Part shown: positions 1 through 9,645 of the stretch, piece after piece | Layout of the letters: every line of letters starts with the position of its first letter | Numbering within the stretch: position 1 is the stretch's first letter | Source: a virus | Lineage: Duplodnaviria > Caudoviricetes | Virus record (IMG/VR): IMGVR_UViG_3300020362_000096 | Span: 1-27,070 of that record | Reading direction: 5' to 3' (one strand) | Length of the DNA: 27,070 nt | Position numbers and translations under genes: made by a program | Notes under the pieces: model-generated | The model's database searches: none | What the model was told of the DNA's origin: nothing | What the model saw: the letters and a program-made list of their open reading frames with translations, nothing else

Positions 1-3000
1 CTGCTATTGGGAATCCTCTGTAAGTATGACCAATGTAGTATGGAAACTCAGGTTGGACTAAGTTATCTACAGTTGCAAAGTATGCATATATTCCTTGAGT
101 AAACTCAGGTGTCTTGCAGAATCTACCATTGTGTTCATCTAAATCACCACTAGCATCATAATAATAATCTTCTGTAAAGTATCCTGCCTCAAATACAGTT
201 GTGCTAGGTCTATTCTTAACTCTAGATGCATCTAACTTATAAGAAGTGAGCATTCTTCTAGAACCAGATTGATTATTATCTCTATCTGAAAATCCATAAG
301 GACCGTAAATTGGGTTTCCGTCGTATGCCCATCCTATGATTGGAGAATGTCCTGCACCATCATCACCAAATACAGTTCTAACTGTCTCACCATATCCAAC
401 ACTTTCTATTGCCAATCCACCCTCGACAGCACCCAGATAGTCTCCATTAACTGTCTTACTTGTCTTAAATTTATTACCTGTTAACTTTCTAATGTTACTA
501 GCAAATGTTGCAGCATTACCTGGTGGAAGAACAGTGACTGATGTTGTTGATAATGCATATCCAACACCTGATGATAGAACTTTAACTTTATCAATTGATC
601 CACCACTCATTATAGCACGAAGTCTAGCACCATTAGCAGTTCCTACTCCAACAACTGTTAAATCAGGAGGACCGTCATAGTTTTGACCTGCTGCTTGAAC
701 GAAAGCATCTGTTATTCTACCATTAACAATGGTTAATCCAATTTGACCTAACTCACCATAATTTGTAGTTACAATGGGTGTTTTCTCAAAGTTTATTATA
801 TTTGATCCATAATCACGACCTTCATCATAAAGGATAGTGTCAACAACTTTACCACGAACAATAGGGAATGCTTCTATAGTTCTATTAGCATCATCACTGG
901 TAACAACATTGACATCAACGGTTACCGCAGGATAAAAGAAGTTTTGATATCCAGAACCAGTAGAATCAAACCTAGTGTATAACTTATTGAGATAATTTGT
1001 TTGATCGGGTAGTCTTGTGGTTGCTAAACCAGAATTACATAATCTAAAACTATGGTCGTCAATTGTTAATACTTGATACTGTGCAGTTGTTGATAAACCA
1101 GTAATTCCAACTCCATCTGTGCTATAATGAACAACTTCGCCATCTTTGAATCCATGATTAGGAAATTCAACAAAATCTCTAACAGTGCTGATTCCACCAA
1201 TACTTCCTGCAGGATCTACTGATATTTTTCTATTTGTGTAACCTGATCCACTATCAATTATAGCAATTCTAGATATTCTTCTTTTAGTCTCATAATCGTC
1301 AAATTGATGAATACCAATGTTAGAATCACCTGCAGTAGAACCAAAACTTATTGTATTGACACCTGATACCGCATCTGTCTTATTTCTGTAAATTTGGAAT
1401 ATATTTGTTGCTGCAACACCAACATAATAAGATTGACCTTGTACAAGACCAGTATCAACACCAATAGCAGTGCTAGTAGAAAGTGCTATTGGATTATTGT
1501 TATTTGCATTGTATATTACTCTATCACCTGTTTTATAGAAATGTTCTTTGTCTAAAATAAATCTATCTGACGAAACATCAATATCACCACCTATTGCAAA
1601 CTTTTTAGCATTAAAAGTAAGTGATCTGTATGCTAGTTCTGTTATTGCTTCTGCTCTTGCTCCAGATCCATTTCCACCATGAATATCTACAGATACTACA
1701 TTTTTAATCTCATATTCAACAGGATCTACTAAAATACCAGTAACAGTACCTGCAACTGATACTCTACCATAAGCAGTGTTGATACCAGTCGTACTAGTCT
1801 CAAAACCGACTGAAGGTGGGAATGAAACATCATATCCTTCACCTGCATTGACTATATCGAAGGATCTTACAGGTCCGTAGTAAATACACTTGTCAGATTT
1901 GTAATTTGTAATTTCAACACCATTGACCAACATTCCTGTTGTCCCAGTTTGTGTTTGTTCAGATGTTGTCTTTGGTTTTGTGCCATCAGTTAGATTTTGG
2001 TCTAAAATAAACCTCTTAAGTGATCCAGAAGGAAAAATAGACTTTCTTGCTTGTTCTACACGAACAAAGTCATGAATTCCTGTAGGAAGTTCTGTAGGAA
2101 CAAATCCAACCGATATTCCAGACGGAATAAACGATCTTGACTGATATAACTTGATTTTATTGTTTTGTGCTAATACTTCTACAAAAAATGATGCTCTAGT
2201 CAGTCCACCAATCGGTACAGTGTTACCTCGTGGCACATATGAAATTTCTTCTCCAGTTTTAAAGGGTACACTGCTAGAAAATGATAAAATTGTGTATCTA
2301 TTGGTTAAAACATCATATCCTTCAAAATCAGCATTTCCTATCTTAGGATCTGTTAATGTTGCAGTTATTTTCTCAGTTATTATGTCATATGAAGGAATAG
2401 AGTTAGATGCTACATAACCTTCCTTTAAATTAGTCGGAGAATACTTAGCATCAAGAATATAAGTGTTAGTTACATCAGCAAGTATTTGATTTTGTCCACC
2501 AATGACCTCAACCGTTGAACTACTTGCTTTTTCTTGAACTCTTCTTATATCATAGTCAATACCAGACCCTGCTGTAAAGGTTCCTGAGAGCGTTACCTGA
2601 TTTAGTGCAGTATTTACGAAGTTTACATTTAAACCCGTCTGAACGACCGTCTGGGTGTTTCTGATAACGATTTCTACGGTATCATTCTTCTTTAAACTTG
2701 CTTTATCAATCCTTCCCTTTAAAGTAAAGGTAGTTCCAAAGAATTGCTCTATCTCATACCTTGCACTAGTATTATAAATCCAAGAATTGAAAAATACTTG
2801 TGAATATGTCTGATCTGTTGGTGGATTCTTGATATATCTTCCTAAGTTCTTAACTTGAATGCGAGATTGCTCAGTTAGTCCATATAAGTTCTGTAAAGAC
2901 TCAAAACCACTAATTACACCAGTCAATCTCATGTTGACTCTCTTACTTAAGTCGTTATTTTCAAATCCATAGACTAAAGTAGGTGCATATAACTCAGTTG

Positions 3001-4141
3001 CTGATGGAATCTCTTTTAATGCGGTTGTAACACCAATAAACTGGTTTACAGTCTTTTCTGAGTAGTCTAATGTCTGATAGAACGAGTCATCATCTACTCC
3101 TACTTGGAAAGTGCCTGTTTTTCCAAATCCTATGGTAGAATCAACAGTAATTACAGTTGCACCTATTCCAATAGTGCCAATTGTCTGTGTTTTGCCTGGT
3201 ATTACAAAATTACCTTCAATTAAGTCTCTATCATCAAAACCAATAAAGACAGATATGCGATAATAGTCATCTCTTATCTGTACAACATCTGAAATAGGTC
3301 CTGATGCAGCATTTACTAAATCATTACCTACTTCATTGTCTTGGTATAGAGTTTGACCGATTAAATTGAGAGGATCACCCGATATTACCCTAACAGCAAA
3401 GGATTGTCTTCTCAAATAGTTGGCATATGATGGTTTTATCAGATATTGTTCAAGATCGTTAATTTTTGGTTCTAAACCAAACAATGCTTTGAATAAAATC
3501 TTAAATGACTCATCAGTACCCTTAGATTCATATAAACTTCTTGCTTCCTTGATAAAATTATTAACATCAAGTGTAGGACTTAGTGTAACACCCTCCAAAC
3601 CAGGTGTATATTGTGCTTTTAACTTAGTATAGAACTCTTGTAGAAATAATGCACTTAAATTCTGTATATTTGCACCAGAATCGTGTTCAGCAGGTGTAGT
3701 TGATGTATATGTTAGATTGTATGGGTCATTAACAGTGCGGTATGTTGTAATACCACTAAACCCTCTTGTACATCCTGTAAATGTATTGGTAGTTACTCCT
3801 GTGTATGTTATTATTTCATCGTCAATCTTTAAAAGACCATATTCCTGTGGAAATCCTTTGGTATTAGGGGAAACTGTTATAGTATCAGTTGTAGAGTCAA
3901 TACCAGATGCAACAGTAGCTACTCCTGCTACAACTTCTTTTGTTAAGTTATCAATTTTAATATATTTGTCAATATTCTCCCCAATATCAAGAGAACCACC
4001 TTGATGTTCCTGTGATATGTAATATTGCTTTAGAAATTCTTCTAATAGTGGGTTTTCTGCCTTTGCAAACTCTGGAGTTTGATCTCCGACAACTTGATAG
4101 GTCTTAACCCTTGAAGATAGTGGACTGTAAGTTTCTATCAT
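1..4141 (-). CDS. gp7: Giant virion structural protein, cyanophage gp7-like baseplate wedge initiator (3' end runs off the window)
   Basis: Absent from the ORF track, consistent with no stop inside the window. ATG at 4139-4141 lies just after the gp6 stop and reads MIETYSPLSSRVKTYQVVGDQTPEFAKAENPLLEEFLKQYYISQE. The same frame near 360 reads GHSPIIGWAYDGNPIYGPYGF...DLDEHNGRFCKTPEF (YHYH-like) and the protein has GxGY..P repeats. Order gp25-gp6-giant ORF is typical of cyanomyoviruses. Confidence 0.8.
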   Translation of the reverse strand, partial: MIETYSPLSSRVKTYQVVGDQTPEFAKAENPLLEEFLKQYYISQEHQGGSLDIGENIDKYIKIDNLTKEVVAGVATVASGIDSTTDTITVSPNTKGFPQEYGLLKIDDEIITYTGVTTNTFTGCTRGFSGITTYRTVNDPYNLTYTSTTPAEHDSGANIQNLSALFLQEFYTKLKAQYTPGLEGVTLSPTLDVNNFIKEARSLYESKGTDESFKILFKALFGLEPKINDLEQYLIKPSYANYLRRQSFAVRVISGDPLNLIGQTLYQDNEVGNDLVNAASGPISDVVQIRDDYYRISVFIGFDDRDLIEGNFVIPGKTQTIGTIGIGATVITVDSTIGFGKTGTFQVGVDDDSFYQTLDYSEKTVNQFIGVTTALKEIPSATELYAPTLVYGFENNDLSKRVNMRLTGVISGFESLQNLYGLTEQSRIQVKNLGRYIKNPPTDQTYSQVFFNSWIYNTSARYEIEQFFGTTFTLKGRIDKASLKKNDTVEIVIRNTQTVVQTGLNVNFVNTALNQVTLSGTFTAGSGIDYDIRRVQEKASSSTVEVIGGQNQILADVTNTYILDAKYSPTNLKEGYVASNSIPSYDIITEKITATLTDPKIGNADFEGYDVLTNRYTILSFSSSVPFKTGEEISYVPRGNTVPIGGLTRASFFVEVLAQNNKIKLYQSRSFIPSGISVGFVPTELPTGIHDFVRVEQARKSIFPSGSLKRFILDQNLTDGTKPKTTSEQTQTGTTGMLVNGVEITNYKSDKCIYYGPVRSFDIVNAGEGYDVSFPPSVGFETSTTGINTAYGRVSVAGTVTGILVDPVEYEIKNVVSVDIHGGNGSGARAEAITELAYRSLTFNAKKFAIGGDIDVSSDRFILDKEHFYKTGDRVIYNANNNNPIALSTSTAIGVDTGLVQGQSYYVGVAATNIFQIYRNKTDAVSGVNTISFGSTAGDSNIGIHQFDDYETKRRISRIAIIDSGSGYTNRKISVDPAGSIGGISTVRDFVEFPNHGFKDGEVVHYSTDGVGITGLSTTAQYQVLTIDDHSFRLCNSGLATTRLPDQTNYLNKLYTRFDSTGSGYQNFFYPAVTVDVNVVTSDDANRTIEAFPIVRGKVVDTILYDEGRDYGSNIINFEKTPIVTTNYGELGQIGLTIVNGRITDAFVQAAGQNYDGPPDLTVVGVGTANGARLRAIMSGGSIDKVKVLSSGVGYALSTTSVTVLPPGNAATFASNIRKLTGNKFKTSKTVNGDYLGAVEGGLAIESVGYGETVRTVFGDDGAGHSPIIGWAYDGNPIYGPYGFSDRDNNQSGSRRMLTSYKLDASRVKNRPSTTVFEAGYFTEDYYYDASGDLDEHNGRFCKTPEFTQGIYAYFATVDNLVQPEFPYYIGHTYRGFPIA

Positions 4142-4146
4142 TCTTT

Positions 4147-6066
4147 TTATGACCTAATTATAGTACCATTTGAGTAACTAGAGGTTGTTCTATATCCAAT
4201 TCCAGATATTTGTTGTCCAGAAGATATCGTGTCTCTGACCATATTTATCTTGGTGTTTGCCATGTCTAATTGGAGGTATAAATCCTTTAATCCTATGATA
4301 TCATTGGATTCTGGGAATGCTTGAATTTCAATTAGACCACTTCCACGAGTTGTGCTAGTAATATTCAATGTATTGATGATAATTTCACCTTTTATATAAT
4401 CTACCGTTCCTGCAGATGGAAGAACAACAGCAGATGAGTCTGTTTCAACCTCTGCTAACTGAATAACTGCTAATTGTCCTGTTTTTAGGTCTGGATTTGG
4501 AATATCTGTAAAGTATAGAAGATCAGATCGACCAGAAATTGTAAATCCTGTACTTTTGATGTTTCTACCATCTTTGTTTACATGAAATTCATTACCAAAG
4601 CATAATTCATACTGAGCAAACGAATTAAATACAGGTTTTAAGTCTCTACGCATTACAACTTTAGTAATATTTGATGTAATTGCCTTATTTGTATCGTCAA
4701 TAACTGCTACAGAGTCAGAATACTTAAATCTTCCTCCAAATCTGTTCAAATTAGTAGATCTTCCGTAATTTGTCAACGATTGAGTTACTTGTGCTTTCAA
4801 AGTATCAGTTTCATCGTATACATTTGTGTTATAATAGACTGCACTATCAAGTTCAATGTATAGAATCTTAAGATCGACTATTCTTTGGTTAATTCCTGCT
4901 ATTGCGTAGTTTTTTAACTGATCTAGAATTCTTGTTTTGGTAAAATCAGATAAAAATGTTGCATTTCTTGGTTTTATGCTTAGTACAACAGTTCCAAACT
5001 CAGGTGGATCTAATTCTTCACCGCCAACCACTGAAACAGACTCTGCATCAGGGAAAACACTCTGTACTATTGCCTCATAATCCTTTGTGGTGACTGCTCG
5101 GTACTGTGATGAGTAAACTCTGGGTGCAATATACTTAATAGACTCTATATCTTCTATATCACCGCCACCTTTTGCGTTCTGTATAGTGGTTATGACAGGT
5201 GTTACACTTGCAGCGAGTGGATTACCCGCATCATCTACCGCATCTGCACTATATGAGAAGAATTTACCATCATTTCCTGCTTTTCCATCAGTAATAATGT
5301 AACTTATTTCGATAATATCACCATCTCCTAGTTTTGTACCAAAAAATCCATCACCAAATAGCAATTCATACTTCTCATCCTTGATTTCTTGTATCAAATA
5401 GATGTTAGATGTTGAATCTAGTGCTGTAATATTGTCAATTCTTGAATATTCTAGTCCTGCAGTAGCTCCACCCTTCCTCACAAACACTCTAATGGACTCT
5501 GTATCAATAAATGAGTTCTCTAATATAAATCTTTGGTCTAAACTACCGTTTACTACAAAATTTTTCTTTAAAAGAGTCCCTTGATAGACTATGAGGTTCT
5601 CAAATTTAGCAGTTCTTGGTGGATTTACTAAAATATTGCTTCCTTGATCAACAGGAGATGCTGCAATTACATCTTCTGGGATAGAAAATGTAAAAGAAGT
5701 GTTATTTGATGCTCCAACACAGACTAATCCTTTGTTTAATTTTACTGTATTACTATTTCCGTTAAATTTAAAGTCAAAATTGATGACTGCTTGAGCAGAT
5801 TTACGAGATCTTGGTACATATCCTATATTTCTTGCCAAAGAAACAACATTTTCTCTCAAAGTAGCTGAATCCAAGAAGGATTCATTGACTACCATGTTAC
5901 TATTGAATGCTGAAATGTAAGTATTGTATGCCAAAATGTCAATTAAGATCGACATGTTCGATCCTTCAAAGTCAAAATCAGTAAAATTACTGTTTGATCT
6001 CAAATATTGACGAATCTGATCCTTAATTTGATCAAAATCTAGATTTGTAAACTTACTTACTGGCAT
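4147..6066 (-). CDS. gp6: Baseplate wedge subunit gp6
   Basis: 639 aa. N-terminal LDFDQIK..FTDFDFEGS..LAYNTY..NESFLDSATLRENVVSLARNIGYVPRS and RAVTTKDYE are T4 gp6 signatures. Confidence 0.95.
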   Translation of the reverse strand: MPVSKFTNLDFDQIKDQIRQYLRSNSNFTDFDFEGSNMSILIDILAYNTYISAFNSNMVVNESFLDSATLRENVVSLARNIGYVPRSRKSAQAVINFDFKFNGNSNTVKLNKGLVCVGASNNTSFTFSIPEDVIAASPVDQGSNILVNPPRTAKFENLIVYQGTLLKKNFVVNGSLDQRFILENSFIDTESIRVFVRKGGATAGLEYSRIDNITALDSTSNIYLIQEIKDEKYELLFGDGFFGTKLGDGDIIEISYIITDGKAGNDGKFFSYSADAVDDAGNPLAASVTPVITTIQNAKGGGDIEDIESIKYIAPRVYSSQYRAVTTKDYEAIVQSVFPDAESVSVVGGEELDPPEFGTVVLSIKPRNATFLSDFTKTRILDQLKNYAIAGINQRIVDLKILYIELDSAVYYNTNVYDETDTLKAQVTQSLTNYGRSTNLNRFGGRFKYSDSVAVIDDTNKAITSNITKVVMRRDLKPVFNSFAQYELCFGNEFHVNKDGRNIKSTGFTISGRSDLLYFTDIPNPDLKTGQLAVIQLAEVETDSSAVVLPSAGTVDYIKGEIIINTLNITSTTRGSGLIEIQAFPESNDIIGLKDLYLQLDMANTKINMVRDTISSGQQISGIGYRTTSSYSNGTIIRS

Positions 6067-6070
6067 TTTG

Positions 6071-6466
6071 TTACCTAGTTGCCTCTAAAATGAACGCAAA
6101 TCCCTGTATACCTCTTGGTTGTCCTATAATTTGGTACTTAATTTCCATCTCATACTCATTTAAGTCAGGATTAGGTTTCGCTGTTACAGAAACATTTGCT
6201 ACTCTTGGTTCAAATGTTGCTATAAGTGTCCTAACTTCGTCTGCTATGACTCCTCCAGTTGCAATATCACAAAAACCAAAGAGAAGATCTGATACTTCTG
6301 ACCCAACATCACTGTAAAATCTTTCTTTTATCCTAGTTTGGACAAGATTTCTTACAGAACGCATGATTGCTCTCTCGTTTTTAAGTACTCCTAAGTCTCC
6401 TGTTACAGGATTTGGTACAAAATCGAGTGTAATATCTTTATAAGAGTGGGATCTATTGACTGCCAT
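6071..6466 (-). CDS. gp25: Baseplate wedge subunit gp25
   Basis: YKDITLDFVPNPVTGD...AIMRSVRNL...ERF...GS...FEPRV is a gp25/GPW-like pattern. Adjacent to gp6. Start chosen at ATG 6466. Confidence 0.92.
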   Translation of the reverse strand: MAVNRSHSYKDITLDFVPNPVTGDLGVLKNERAIMRSVRNLVQTRIKERFYSDVGSEVSDLLFGFCDIATGGVIADEVRTLIATFEPRVANVSVTAKPNPDLNEYEMEIKYQIIGQPRGIQGFAFILEATR

Positions 6467-6491
6467 CAAAATTGGCACAGGGTTCGTGAGT

Positions 6492-6499
6492 TATTTATA
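6492..6499 (-). promoter_or_regulatory. T4-type late promoter TATAAATA
   Basis: Plus-strand tatttata = minus-strand TATAAATA, an exact gp55 consensus about 25 nt upstream of the gp25 start. Confidence 0.88.
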
Positions 6500-6518
6500 C
6501 CCTATTTTTTAATTTTTT

Positions 6519-6788
6519 TTAACTACACTCAGAAGTATGCTCTATTTCGTAGTATTCATCCTCATAATGTAGTCCATCATTGCCATTTTGACCTATGACA
6601 TCCATTCTTTTCTCGTCCCATTCGGCATCTTTTAGTATTTCTTCATATAAAGTGTCATCTCTTAGTAGTCTTTCATCTATATGATGTCGTATTTTCTTAA
6701 GGCAATCCTTCATAGGGATGGTTTCTACTCCAACTATCTCGTCGGTTATAGTACCATCCTGTTTAATAGTGAACTTTACAGTAATCAT
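6519..6788 (-). CDS. Hypothetical protein with DUF2997-like N-terminus
   Basis: MITVKFTIKQDGTITDEIVGV..C resembles the DUF2997 start. ATG 6788 follows the upstream ORF stop. Confidence 0.6.
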   Translation of the reverse strand: MITVKFTIKQDGTITDEIVGVETIPMKDCLKKIRHHIDERLLRDDTLYEEILKDAEWDEKRMDVIGQNGNDGLHYEDEYYEIEHTSECS

Positions 6789-6801
6789 CGAGGAACGCTC
6801 G

Positions 6802-6918
6802 CTATTTTTTGCCCTGCCCACGGTATTTTTTTCGAGCAGCGTTTCGGGACGACGCAGAATATTTTGTATTCTGACCGTTACCCTGCCTAGTTTTCTTGTT
6901 AATCTTTCTATCTATCAT
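6802..6918 (-). CDS. Small basic protein (38 aa)
   Basis: MIDRKINKKTRQGNGQNTKYSASSRNAARKKYRGQGKK. ATG overlaps the upstream TAA (TAATG). Resembles a small K/R-rich cyanomyovirus family. Confidence 0.75.
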   Translation of the reverse strand: MIDRKINKKTRQGNGQNTKYSASSRNAARKKYRGQGKK

Positions 6919-7676
6919 TATATAATCCTTGTTTTCTCATGTCCAACTCTAATCCTAGGATCACACCATATCTCAAACCCTGCTTCTAATGCATCTAAAC
7001 AGAATGATACATCTTCTCCACACATATCTTGTACATCACCTGACTCAAAGACTTGCATCTTAGGTGCAAACCAAGGATATTTCATATCTTCATGTTCCCA
7101 TACACCCTTCTTAATAAGAACCCAACCAAAACCAGTGTAATCGACTGTAAATGGTTTCTTTCTCTTAGACATGGTTTCACCAGTCTCATGATTCATGACT
7201 CCTCCATTATTACGGAAGTTGTCTTCATCTAACCAGTGAGCAACTGAAGTGGTTTGACCATCTTCTGTCATATACCAACCTGCTGCTATATCTTTATCCA
7301 TTAGGACTAACTGTAATAACTGTTCTGTCTTGAAAACTATATCTGAGTCTATCCACAACTGATAGTCATACTTTAACTTACCATCCCAAGGTATCTGATC
7401 AGGTCCTCTGAGAACATTTGCTCCTAAGCACTTGCAACGAGCAAAGTTAACCATACTACTATAATCTTGTGATATCTGTATGCTAACTCCATGTTGAACT
7501 AAGTCAAATGCCATTTGAACAAAGTTCTTTAGAAAAACATATGAACATCCACGACCTGGCATACAGAAAACGAGAGACTTACCTCTCAACAGTTCCCATG
7601 CTTTATCGTAATCCCATTCCTGAGTCGCCTTTTTCTTGGCAGGTGACTTTGCCTTTACAGTGAATCCTTTAGCCAT
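6918..7676 (-). CDS. GT-A fold glycosyltransferase-like protein
   Basis: WIDSDIVF (DxD), VDYTGFGWVLIKKGV, GEDVSFC and VGHEK motifs. Confidence 0.8.
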   Translation of the reverse strand: MAKGFTVKAKSPAKKKATQEWDYDKAWELLRGKSLVFCMPGRGCSYVFLKNFVQMAFDLVQHGVSIQISQDYSSMVNFARCKCLGANVLRGPDQIPWDGKLKYDYQLWIDSDIVFKTEQLLQLVLMDKDIAAGWYMTEDGQTTSVAHWLDEDNFRNNGGVMNHETGETMSKRKKPFTVDYTGFGWVLIKKGVWEHEDMKYPWFAPKMQVFESGDVQDMCGEDVSFCLDALEAGFEIWCDPRIRVGHEKTRII

Positions 7677-7696
7677 AATGATTGTAACACTTCATT

Positions 7697-7725
7697 ATTA
7701 TAACACATTATATAGTGGTTGACAA
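7697..7725 (-). promoter_or_regulatory. Sigma70-type promoter for the glycosyltransferase operon
   Basis: TTGTCA-17 nt-TATAAT with an extended -10 TG, embedded in the 3' end of the upstream oxygenase. Confidence 0.7.
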
Positions 7726-8315
7726 TTAGTGGGAAATATAACATTACCTGATACAGAAATACGAGTGACATCGCTCTTATAGGGTACAACCATATGGAGG
7801 CAATTAGAAGGGAAAATATAGAAATCCCCTTTGTTAGGAAAGAAAAACTTTCTCCGATCATTATGAGTAAACATAACAGAACCTGGCACAGGTCCGTTAT
7901 TAGTTAAATTCAGTCTTTGCTTCTCTGTTTGTAACTCTGGTACATCATTCAGATATATGATAAAACTTATAGACCCCTTATGATCATGTAATGGATTGCA
8001 GTCATGCTGCTGCATATAGTTGATCCATAGACTATCAATATACCAATACGACAACCACTTGTTAAATGTGTTGTCTTCATGCTTTGCCCATATGTTCATA
8101 TAATCAACTAACTTGCCTCTAATCGCCTGTGAGAACCATTTACGGAAGTCTGGAGTGTAATTCCATTCATCATGTGTATTCATTGCTAAGTCATTCTCAG
8201 CATTGAACTGTTCATGGTTACGAATTGCGTCGCCCTGCTCTAATAAGTCCTTTATAATACTATCACTAATAGTAGTTTGCCATATAGGAGGACCCCATGT
8301 GTGAACTTTATCCAT
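7698..8315 (-). CDS. 2OG-Fe(II) oxygenase family protein
   Basis: WINY...NPLHDH...ISFIIYL...IFPSNCLHMVVP...RISVSGN. Likely start MDKVHTWGP at 8315. Confidence 0.85.
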   Translation of the reverse strand: MDKVHTWGPPIWQTTISDSIIKDLLEQGDAIRNHEQFNAENDLAMNTHDEWNYTPDFRKWFSQAIRGKLVDYMNIWAKHEDNTFNKWLSYWYIDSLWINYMQQHDCNPLHDHKGSISFIIYLNDVPELQTEKQRLNLTNNGPVPGSVMFTHNDRRKFFFPNKGDFYIFPSNCLHMVVPYKSDVTRISVSGNVIFPTNCQPLYNVL

Positions 8316-8901
8316 GAAAAGGTGCGTTGTAGTAGAGGTTTGCTGATAAGGATACTCTTTCTGCACCCTTAGTCTTATGTGGCATTACCATATGATGTAA
8401 ACCTGATGGGAATATAAACATCTCTCCTTCCTTTGGTTCAAATGTCTTCTTAGAATCTCCCCATGAGAATGTAATAGAACCAGGTGCAGGAGCAGTTCCA
8501 AGCACCTTGTCCGTATAGGTAGGTATTTGTAGGTACAACACAATAGACAAGTCTCCTACATGATTGTGGAGTGCTGTCATATCATGTTCTTTGTAGTAGT
8601 TAACCCATATATGGTCGAATGCCCAGTTACTTATATCATCATCGGTAGGAGCAGGTAGTTGATTGTGCCGACTATAACCTGCCAAATACTTTTTAAAATG
8701 GGGTTTAAAGATCCCCCAGAACCAATCCTGTGTCTCTTTAGGTAGATGCCATTGGTCATCAAAGTTAAAAGGTAGCATAGGTGTAGCAGTATGCTCACCA
8801 CGATAAGAGTTCGCCCTCTTAAGTATTACACTAACTACATCCCAAGGTATTGTAGTTCGCCACAGGTAAGGACCCCATGTATAACCTTCAGTACGAAGCA
8901 T
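8308..8901 (-). CDS. 2OG-Fe(II) oxygenase family protein
   Basis: WVNYY...LHNH..LSIVLYL...IFPSGLHHMVMP...RVSLSAN. Tandem paralog of 7698-8315. Confidence 0.85.
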   Translation of the reverse strand: MLRTEGYTWGPYLWRTTIPWDVVSVILKRANSYRGEHTATPMLPFNFDDQWHLPKETQDWFWGIFKPHFKKYLAGYSRHNQLPAPTDDDISNWAFDHIWVNYYKEHDMTALHNHVGDLSIVLYLQIPTYTDKVLGTAPAPGSITFSWGDSKKTFEPKEGEMFIFPSGLHHMVMPHKTKGAERVSLSANLYYNAPFHG

Positions 8902-9073
8902 CTGCTAAAACACCACTATCAACAATGTCACAATCTGTACCAACACATTCATATGTAATACTATCTGTATGGTAAGATCTATAGATTCTCCCCCAGATGA
9001 CATCAAATTCATGCTGATCTAGGTTCTTAAACAAACACTTATCCTCAAAGTAGATGTGATATGTCTTGTTCAT
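8888..9073 (-). CDS. Hypothetical protein
   Basis: 61 aa, ATGA-coupled to the upstream ORF. Confidence 0.7.
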   Translation of the reverse strand: MNKTYHIYFEDKCLFKNLDQHEFDVIWGRIYRSYHTDSITYECVGTDCDIVDSGVLADASY

Positions 9074-9234
9074 GCTTCTGAGATGTAGATTCCTTCTTCG
9101 TATAGTTCGAGTGTAAGTTCCTGATCCTCGTACAGATCTAACTGTTGTACAAAAGACTCAGGTATCGTGATTATGTATTCATCAGTAACTGAGTCAACCC
9201 TCACAGGCAATGTAATCTTGGAAAATTTTTTCAC
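9070..9234 (-). CDS. Small AbrB/MazE-like protein (54 aa)
   Basis: GTG start. MKKFSKITLPVRVDSVTDEYIITIPESFVQQLDLYEDQELTLELYEEGIYISEA, with an ITIP....L.L..D..L.L....GI.I pattern like a swapped-hairpin fold. Confidence 0.6.
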   Translation of the reverse strand: MKKFSKITLPVRVDSVTDEYIITIPESFVQQLDLYEDQELTLELYEEGIYISEA

Positions 9235-9513
9235 TAATATGTGGACTGACCGTTTGTTTTTATATATCAGAAATTTTTTTTTCAGACTGATAACGAAAGG
9301 TCGAATTGGGTCGTTTATAGCTTAGAAAGGTTCCTTAGCATTAAAACCCCCATTATAAAACCACAAAAAATATTTAAGAACAAAAAACACTGTCCTTAAT
9401 TGTATAATAGTGAGTGCAATTAAGCATCACATTCTTATTACTTAAGACTGCCAAGTTACTGTGAGTTGTTATTAATTAGTCTGTTAAATCATAGTTCTTA
9501 ATTAACTATTAGT

Positions 9514-9542
9514 ATTATAACATAATTCTCACAAATTAACAA
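9514..9542 (-). promoter_or_regulatory. Sigma70-type promoter (leftward)
   Basis: TTGTTA-17 nt-TATAAT with an extended -10 TG. Confidence 0.55.
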
Positions 9543-9616
9543 CAACTGTGTGAGTCTTAATTGTTACATAATGCTGACAATTTACTGGACTATGTGTAAT
9601 TTTGTGTATCTGTGAG

Positions 9617-9645
9617 TTGACATTATTTTTTTCTTATGATACACT
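9617..9645 (+). promoter_or_regulatory. Sigma70-type promoter (rightward, antisense to all genes)
   Basis: TTGACA-17 nt-TACACT with TGn immediately before the -10. Confidence 0.6.

Noticed and set aside
9257-9266. TATAAAAA upstream of the AbrB-like ORF as a late promoter
   Set aside because: One mismatch to TATAAATA in very AT-rich DNA is insufficient support.
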